From Octopus sinensis (Eukaryota): 64,000 nucleotides of DNA. Numbering within the stretch: the stretch's first letter is position 1; each line of letters opens with the position of its first letter. Shown in pieces: positions 56,172 through 64,000 of the stretch. The stretch lies in the NCBI RefSeq assembly GCF_006345805.1, contig NC_043010.1, forward strand, positions 46,624,001 through 46,688,000. Reading direction: 5' to 3'. Below the pieces are notes generated by a model, which was not told the DNA's origin, made no database searches, and worked only from the letters and a program-made list of their open reading frames with translations. Made by a program: the position numbers and the translations under genes.

Positions 56172-57939
56172 TTCACACACACAAACACATTCTATTACAT
56201 TTGTAAATGTTTCAAAATGCATCTATCTGAAACATTGTTTCTAAATGAGTTGATAATCATGAAAATAGATTAAGAGATGTGTCAGAAAATAGAGAGAATG
56301 TTACAAAACTAAAAATAAAAAATTACCAACAAATATAGGTAAAAAGAATTCTTTACCGTTGTGTTGAATCATAGTCACCGAAGAAAAATGTTTATTTTAA
56401 AGAGAATTGAAATACAAGCTTCAAAAAGAGTGGACTGAAATTACAAGTTTCTAAGTACGTCACAGTTCTAAATCCAGAAGAGACGTATTACCTTAGTAAC
56501 ATTACACAAACTCTCTCTCTCTCTCTCTCTCACACACACAGATACACACACACTTTCACACACACATATACATAAATAAATATGCAGTGATAAAGTTTTC
56601 GTTTTCATAAATAATAATTTCAAATTTTCGCACAAGGCCAGTAATTTCGGGAGCTGGGGGAGATAAGTTGATTACATTAGCCCCAGTGCTCAATTGGTAC
56701 TCATTTTATCAACCTTGAAAAGATGAAAGGCAAAGTCAACCTCAGCAGAATTTGAACTCAGAACATAAAGACAGACAAAATGTCACCAAGCATTTTGCCT
56801 GGCATAGTGACAATTCTACCAGCTCCTTGCATTCTTTTTAATAAATAATGCAAAATAAAGTGATCAAGTATTACATTTTTGGAACAGTGAATCTGAAAGC
56901 AAATAAAGCTATAAATAATAACATAAAAATTAGGTTAAAAGAATCCTCTGGATGGAAAAAAACCAAAGGCCACACATGGAATTGAACCCACATCTCCAGT
57001 AAATATGATAGGTGTTCTACCATTGGACAAAAACAATCCTTGAAATTTCTGTCCATTTTAGAATTGTATGTTGTTGACCATCATAAGAATTTATAAATTT
57101 CAAAGGAACACAAAAGAATTATTTTTTTGGAATGGTGGTTCTTGAAGCAAATACAGCTATAAATAACAGCATGTAAATACTGCACCATTCCAAAAAAAAA
57201 AAAAGAAAAGAAAAGAAAAAGGAATTATTTCAGCTTCTCTCAAAGTTTATAAAATTCTTATGATATCAAATATCAATTTACCAAGAATATTAAAAATCTT
57301 CAAGCATTTTGTAATATGAGTATTTATAAACATATTCCCATCAGATTATCTACAATTTCAAATTAATTTTAAGGAAAAAAGAAAAAAAAATATTTGTTTT
57401 AGTATATTTTTAACATGTTTCTCGAGCTTCTTTAATAATAATTCTAACTTGTGAATTTCCTTGAGGGCCTTTTTGTGGGTCATTCTATTATTTCCTTTAA
57501 TTAAATACCAAGACATCTGAGAGGGTGAAATGTATATATACATGCATATATTTATATACATACACACTGCATATATTTATACACACACATACACACACAC
57601 TCAAGGTTAAGTCAAAAATTATATGCACTCCTGTTTTTGTCATTCATTTAAAACAAAATCAGGGGCTGAACAATTACATCATTTTTTAACATAGTCTACT
57701 TGCTTATTGATGAACTTCTTCCATATATATATATATAATACACATTTATAAAACAATGAAACAGAATCTCTTACTCGATCCAAGATTTCATGTGCAGCAC
57801 AGTTTATAGCAAGAAAAAAGTCTTTTCCACCAATATAGCCAGCATGCTCAGCAGCTTGCAGTAGAGAATCTATAACATATTCTGGCCTGTCAAAGGGCAA
57901 TGCAACAGCACCTAACTGGCTTACAGTAGATAGATTCAC
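28696..57939 (-). CDS. ENO4: Enolase 4-like gene, 3' part (5 exons, 5'-partial in this window)
   Basis: Five minus-strand exons with AG/GT sites and consistent phases (0-0, 0-0, 0-1, 1-0, 0-stop) join to 801 nt. The translation follows the enolase TIM-barrel order and ENO4-type motifs: [46 protein letters not shown]. Introns are 5816, 4910, 14249 and 3468 nt. Confidence 0.9.
32344..32411 (-). CDS. ENO4: ENO4-like exon (68 nt): (A)[22 protein letters not shown]
   Basis: Acceptor ttctgcag|CA, donor TTG|gtaagt; phase 1-0, which exactly bridges the flanking exons; ADL precedes AVGL as in enolases. Confidence 0.88.
33890..34311 (-). mobile_element. Mariner transposase N-terminal pseudogene fragment
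   Basis: [46 protein letters not shown]... resembles mariner EQRxCIKFCxKLG...AFGxDAM...W; downstream ...[15 protein letters not shown] is a degenerate AKFVPRLL motif. Confidence 0.8.
34604..35410 (+). repeat. Diverged direct repeat pair (about 330 bp; starts about 34604 and 35080)
   Basis: Shared blocks such as aaattattttatttta, ccaggaaatagatgg, gaatttatccctaatt, agggattcctatg and tgctaggccactgg occur in both copies in the same order. Confidence 0.8.
40921..41280. mobile_element. Penelope-like remnant: pLTR-like piece plus C-terminal ORF fragment (+ strand)
   Basis: 41093-41280(+) reads [28 protein letters not shown]...IISSR*E...CLH, a PLE post-GIY-YIG WxI...AKPY...CxLCxxE...N.R.E...C.H region; hammerhead-like motif at 41001-41031(-). 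Confidence 0.75.
46661..46919 (-). CDS. ENO4: ENO4-like exon (259 nt): [86 protein letters not shown]
   Basis: Acceptor ttttgtttctgttatag|GAA, donor AAAG|gtgagt; phase 0-1; open reading throughout. Confidence 0.88.
48745..48860 (-). mobile_element. SINE tRNA-like head (young, CpG-rich, truncated)
   Basis: Box A TGGCCTAGTGG (48848-48838) and box B GGTTTCGATTCC (48805-48794); no acceptor-stem closure, so not a tRNA gene. Confidence 0.7.
51830..51958 (-). CDS. ENO4: ENO4-like exon (129 nt): [43 protein letters not shown]
   Basis: Acceptor tctttctacag|GAG, donor CAG|gtttgt; 43 codons, phase 0-0; matches the enolase YP...EDPF segment. Not in the supplied ORF track. Confidence 0.92.
52570..52856 (+). 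mobile_element. SINE/LINE-tail element ending in (GAT)n
   Basis: ggcacgtaaaaagcaccc...aggaagggcatccagccgtagaaac...catgctagcatggaaagcggacgctaaacgatgatgat; minus-strand relative at about 61665-61900 and a partial copy at about 42820-42865. Confidence 0.7.
53152..53613 (+). mobile_element. Possible solo LTR
   Basis: TGTT...AACA ends, about three 28-bp tandem repeats (53181-53258), AATAAA at 53551, CpG-richer than its flanks; no TSD found. Confidence 0.4.
55330..55795 (-). mobile_element. maT/DD37D-type Tc1/mariner transposase pseudogene fragment
   Basis: [23 protein letters not shown] (HTH), then after a frameshift [45 protein letters not shown]...WID.VCNGRPY; first catalytic D appears as N, with deletions. 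Confidence 0.8.
57775..57939 (-). CDS. ENO4: ENO4-like exon (165 nt): [55 protein letters not shown]
   Basis: Acceptor tctctttgcag|GTG, donor CGA|gtaaga; 55 codons, phase 0-0; LAINCAAHE motif. Confidence 0.92.
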
Positions 57940-59139
57940 CTGCAAAGAGACATAAGAAGAAATTATTAACTGATGTATTTCTGTAATCTGAATCCATTAC
58001 ATAACTTACATCATTTATATTTCATCATTTACTTTTATTTCTGTTTTTTTAATTTTGTTCCCATGTTGGTATGGGTTGAATGCAAATGTTTGCTTATATT
58101 ACTGTATAACATGTTACTAGGACAGTAGATAAGAAGTCTGCCTTTCAGTTGAAAACCACTGTTCCTGTACTGTATCACCAATTGCACAATTGCACTTATC
58201 TAGTATATGGAAAAAAAACTTCGTCAATGGACATTGGTTTGCACTATAAGAGTCTAATTTGAGAGAGAGAGACAGAGAGAGAGAGAAAGAGAGACAGAGA
58301 CCTTGTAGAAATATTCTATGATAATTACTCCCTGGCCTATTTTCTAGAGCAGGTGAGCATAGAGAAGGAACACTGGATCTTTGGAAATTAAACTGAATAC
58401 TTGTTCATATACACGGTATCAATGTTGGTAAGTATAGGGAGGGACACTGAGCCCTGGAGTAATACATTATCCACAGCTATGAAATTTCATTCTCTGTCTC
58501 TCATAATTGGTACTCCATGATGACAACACTTCTTGTTGATCCAGTCAAAAGAACAGCCTCCTCATGAAATTAATCTGCAAGTGGCTGAGCACTCCACAGG
58601 CACACATATCCTTAAAGTAGTTCTCAGGGAGATTTTGCATAACACAGAATGTGACAAGGCCAACCCTTTAAATTACAGGTACTACTCACATTTGCCAGCT
58701 GATTGGACTGGAGCAATGTAAAATAAAGTGTTTTGCTCCAGAACACAATGCACCATTGGAATTGAACTCATGATCTTACAACTGTGTGCTGAATACCATA
58801 ACCACAAAGCTACGTGCCTTCACTCTGTCCATCATAATGCCATAAAGATAAGAAAGCCAGTTTATAATATAGAAGAGAAATATTTTTCTAAGATTTCATA
58901 GATCAATATTGTTGACGCACATTCTACACAAGTGTACTTTAGACATAAAAACAAATATGAAAATTCTAATAAGGCAGTGTATCTTCTTTAATGAAAAAGT
59001 AAAATATATTGTTTTTATTCTTTTATTTTTTCATCTTGCTTCAGTCATTGCATTGCAGCTATGTATGTATGTATGCATGTATGCATGCATGCATGCATGC
59101 ATGCATGCATGCATGCATGTATGTATGTATGTATGTATG

Positions 59140-59170
<31 letters not shown>

Positions 59171-59199
59171 GTATGCAGGTATGTATGCGTGTATGCATA

Positions 59200-59251
<52 letters not shown>

Positions 59252-60331
59252 GCATGTATTTATGTGTCCATGTGTGTGTTTGTGTGTGTGTGCCTTGGTG
59301 TCTTGACAGCTGGTGTTTATGTGTTAACATAACTTAGCAGTTCGGCAAAAGTAACTGATAGAAATAGTACCAGGCTTCACAAAAAAAAATTTTAAATAAA
59401 TAAAATAAGTACTGGGATCATTCAGTCACCTAAAAATTCTTCAAGACCAACATGGCTGCAGTCTAATGACTGGAACAAGTAAAAATCTTGTACTTATCAA
59501 CCAACGTAGTAAAAATGGTACAAGAGAAAGGCTTCTTTACAACCAGTACCACCACCACCACCACCACTACTACAGTTGATGAGGACATGATGATGATGAT
59601 GATATTACCACCACCACCACCACCACCACCACCACCACCTCTACTATCAAAGCTACAAAAGATGATTAAATGTCTTCAGGCAAGCAACAGAATATAGGAA
59701 ATCTTACCTTTAGCTTTGTACTAGGTAAACATGAAACAGGAGAAGTAGAAAGGTAGTGATGGAGAGAGGTGGAGAATAGACAAGTGGTACAAAGAATATG
59801 TGTAAGGGGAAGAGGTGAACAGAAAGAGCAAGAATGATATTTAATCACCTGGGAAGAATAAAAAGAAGAAAAAAGGGGGCAAGGAGGAATGGACAAGGTG
59901 TGGCCAGAACTAAAGTTGATATGATACAATAAGTTACAAACCATTGTTTTGTACTCTCACATTAAAGATGGGTGAGGTACCTACCTACCTACCTCCCTAC
60001 CTACTACCTACCTCCCTACCTACTACCTACCTATCTATCTATCTATCTATATATATATATATATATTATATAATATATATATATATACACATACATACAT
60101 ATATGCTTTCGGTGCAAATGCTTTTTTTTTTATACGGCACTGAGTTCACAATCCTGTCAATAAGAATAATGGTATTTTTGTATAAGCTTAAAGCTTATGG
60201 CAATCACTGAGCAATGACTCAGGAAAATAGTCTAATAAAGGAGTATATAAGCCCTCCACAGAAAAAGAAGGCTTTCCAATCCATGTGGGAGCCAAACTCA
60301 CATCCCTTTGTTAACGCAATTATATATATAT

Positions 60332-60408
<77 letters not shown>

Positions 60409-60580
60409 TTTTGTTTTAAACAAAAAAATATTACTGATCTACTTGTTTTAGATTGTGCTTCTTTTTTAGATATATGAACTACTAACCGATAAATATATAT
60501 ATATATATCAGTCAGTAGTTCATATATCTGAAAAAAGAAGCACATTTTAAAACGTTAGAGCAGTAATATATATATAAAAA

Positions 60581-60900
60581 GTTGCTTGTTATGGCCTATC
60601 ATAAGTTTCGCACCTATAAAGCGCTTAGCTGTATAGGCAATTCCTCAGACACATAACCTCCCTATAACTGGAGAGAGGGAAAATGTTGTGTTCTATAGTT
60701 GAACTACCAGCTGTGTGCATATATATAATCACAAAAGTTATGCTTTCTCTGATGTTATGGATTTAAAGATGACATTTTCCCCCCTCCTAAGATAAGTTAT
60801 GTCCCTCTGGCTATTTGAGTTTGATGACTCACCTATACAGCTGAGTGCTTTTATAGATGCAGAAGCAATGATCACTCTCTGACCGGCCATAACAAACAAC
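60581..60900. mobile_element. Small element with long inverted arms carrying hammerhead-like motifs (Penelope pLTR-like)
   Basis: Termini gttgcttgttatggcc / ggccataacaaacaac are inverted; both arms share ctatacagct.ag.gctt.tatag; flanked by (TA)n. Confidence 0.6.
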
Positions 60901-60907
60901 CACCTAA

Positions 60908-61011
<104 letters not shown>

Positions 61012-62939
61012 TATATAGGTATAGATGTGGCTGTGTGGTAAGAAGCTTGTTTCCCAACCAAATTGTTCAGGGTTTAGTCCCATTGCATGGCACTTTAGGC
61101 AAATGTCTTCTGCTACAGCTTTGGGCCAACCAAAACCCTTTAAGGTGCTGCCCCAACATGGTTGCAGTCAAGTGACTAAAATAAGATAAAGACATATATA
61201 TGGGTCAGTCAGAGCAGGAAGGGCAGTACTCTCAGATCCTTTCTGCAAATTTCAAGATTGGTGAGAAGAAGAAGGAAGAAGCTACAACATTTGGTCACTG
61301 CAGAAATTATGTAATAGTTCATCAAAAGACTGAGTTAACTTCAGACTGCAGACTTGGTTGAAATGTTTTCATAACTAAGTGGTGGTGTTAAAACAAATGA
61401 TGTATTAAATTTACTATCCATGAACAAACAAGTACAGTCTATTATTAGATGACTTCTGCATAGTTTTGTCCCCACCTCCCCCAATATCAACTAGAACACA
61501 GATCAGCAAACATTTTATATCTCCCTTTCATGGAATCATTGATAACTCATTAAGCCCTATCACGTAAATTTCTAAAATAACGGTTTATGATTAATAACAA
61601 ATTTCTGGATTTAAAATGATAATTCCTTCATCCATTTGAGTCATTACTAATATTTAGTAAGAAATCATCATCATCATCATCATCATCATTTAACGTCCAT
61701 TTTCCATGCTGGTATGGGTTGGATGGTTTGACAGGAGCTGGTAAGGCTGGGGGTTGCATCAGGCTCAATTGTCTAGTCTGGCAAAGTTTATATGGCTGGA
61801 TGCCCTTCCTAACACCAACCACTCCATAGGGTGTACTGGGTGCTTTTTAAGTAGCACCATCACCAGTGCTTTTAACATGCTTTTAACCAGTGTCAATTCT
61901 ACTGAGGTGGATGGATCGCCAGATATCTTGCCTTCATATGGCTCAGTGTCTTGAGATCAGCCTTCAATACTTCATCCTGAGACAGAACAATAAAAATTTA
62001 GTCATATATTATATTGATATAGTCAAAATAAGGAGACATTGAAGCAATCACCTTATTCTTCGCAGCTTAATTTGACATTTTGGGAAAGTCATTGCTTACA
62101 TTGATCTGTATAGCATAAAATGTGTCATGATGCATCAAAACAATTTGAGTTGAAGAAAAAGAACAATAAAAGAATTATATCCTGCAATCCACAGATACAT
62201 TTGCCAAATCTCAGGCAAAAATCAAAATCATCAGTGTTCCCATTGTGACTTCATCACAAAATCCATACCTAAACTCAAATTACATTCATGCATCCATCAC
62301 AAACAGATACAGCTTCTAGTATTTTTAAAATTGCTTTTCCTTTCTCTCTCTTTATCTCTCTCTCTTTCTTTCTCTATCTCTCTCTCTTTTTAAATCCTCT
62401 CCTTTAAACACTCATACGTTGAAATCGATGGGAGTGACCATCATAGTCAGAATATCAAGCCCCTTTGATAACCACATAAACATTCAGCGATTATTATTAT
62501 TAACCACTTTGTTGACCTCTGAATTAGAGGTTTCATCAACCCAAGGCTATGGTGGAAGAAACTTGTTCAAGGTATAGAATCGACCACAAACCCATGTCTG
62601 GTTATGAAAACTGAAAATTCAGAATAGTACTGACAAAACTGGTCTTAATTTCGAAAGGTATCTACTTCAAAAAAGATCGAAGATATTTTTAGAGATGTAT
62701 CCCAAGGTGCTTGAAGAGCCATTGGAAATATTATACACACACTTAATGAGTATGTGTTTGCATGTCTGTGTATGCATGTGTGCGAGTGTGTATGTGTGTT
62801 TGCGTGTACACACACTCACTCATGCATGTGTGTGCGCGCACACAGACACACACATAATAATGATAAAACAAGTAAAACTTCAAGAAGGTAGAAGTCAGCA
62901 GATAAACAGATGTCTGACTGGAGGGAAAATGATAACTAA

Positions 62940-63088
62940 ATAGAAGAAAGAAAGAAAGAAAGAAAAAAGAACGAAAGAACGAAAGAAAGAAAGAGATAAA
63001 GGAAGGAAGGAAGGAGGATGTAAAGAAAGAAAAAAGAAAGAAAGAAAGAGATAAAGAAAGGAAAGAAGGAAGATGTAAAGAAAGAAAA

Positions 63089-63144
<56 letters not shown>

Positions 63145-63147
63145 AAA
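62940..63147 (+). repeat. (GAAA)n purine-rich tract
   Basis: Direct inspection. Confidence 0.95.
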
Positions 63148-64000
63148 GCACCACCTTTAAAAGACTTTCCACAGGTAACATTGCACATTAGACACTGTTG
63201 AAATGTCATACTGTTCATAACAAAGAGACAAGAAATGAAAATAATAATAATAATTAATGCAAAAGGGAGAGAGAGAGAGAGGGGGGACGATGAAAGTAGA
63301 ATGTGTTAGTAGACACCAAGAAATCTATACAAAAAGTTTTGAGACCAAACAGAAACAAACTACTACCAACATCACTGCTCAGCTACACTCAAACTGACAC
63401 CCTACCAAAAGCAAAATGGCAACAATGATAATAACAACAACACCACCACCACCACATCTGCATACTTTATGTCTGGTGTATACCAGCGAGCCAGCCAACC
63501 TATTTAACATATTACAGGTTGAGGTGGGTAAAAGCAGTTAACTGCTCACCTCACATTAAACACAGACATAAAAGTGTTTTAGTGAGTGCAAAGGATAAAG
63601 AAATACATTAAAAAAAAGTATTTAAGGAGTGAAAACTAAAAGGTAAACCCAAATCATTAACATGCTGATTAAGCTAAACTCTTTTTATCTCTCAACTCTC
63701 AGCCCTTTACCTATATAAATCAGACAAAGGAGCAGGGAGTGAGTATTGAAATTATATCCTGTCGGGTGGTGGGTACTATATAAGAAGAAGCTGTTACTTT
63801 TCAGTTTGGAGCTAATGGTGAAGGTGTTGTTGGTGATGGTGATGGTGGTGTTGATGGTAGTGGTGGTGGTAGTGGCAGAGGCAGTGAGAGTTGCTGTTAG
63901 TGATGGTTGTTGTTGTTGTTGTTAAGCAACAAGCCAGGTAAGGGTGATTAGGTGATGGTCTAGGGCTTAGGGGGCGGGATACCCCAGACCTTGGAAAAAA

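Noticed and set aside
63155-63210. Minus-strand MTFQQCLMCNVTCGKSFKG resembling the ENO4 SCGKS segment
   Set aside because: Weak donor (gtggtg) running into a microsatellite, and no connecting exon found between it and 57939; may be coincidental.

Overview
This is AT-rich, microsatellite-saturated eukaryotic genomic DNA. The repeat landscape (tRNA-headed SINEs with (ATT)n, (GAT)n or (GAAA)n tails, RTE LINEs, Penelope and mariner remnants, huge (TA)n/(CA)n fields) suggests a coleoid cephalopod, probably Octopus; this is inferred from recognised repeat types, not from a search. One protein-coding gene is well supported: the 3' part of an enolase-4-like (ENO4) gene on the minus strand. Five exons (57939-57775, 51958-51830, 46919-46661, 32411-32344, 28875-28696) have GT-AG boundaries and matching phases and splice to 801 nt (266 aa plus stop). 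Most canonical enolase catalytic and metal-binding residues are substituted, so it looks like a pseudoenzyme. Its 5' exons were not confidently found in the window. The rest is intron or intergenic DNA with decayed transposons, and nearly all ORFs in the supplied track are microsatellite or SINE artefacts. The most interesting non-coding structure is: (i) several degenerate minimal hammerhead-ribozyme-like motifs, some next to Penelope remnants, including an inverted pair at 60.6-60.9 kb; (ii) several near-perfect fold-back hairpins and inverted duplications inside ENO4 introns that would form dsRNA, relevant to A-to-I editing or circRNA; (iii) a head-to-tail array of about 12 same-strand SINEs; (iv) an RTE LINE with a twin-priming-type 5' inversion; (v) a 72-bp, very GC/CpG-rich island. 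All coordinates were derived by hand; repeat boundaries are approximate.
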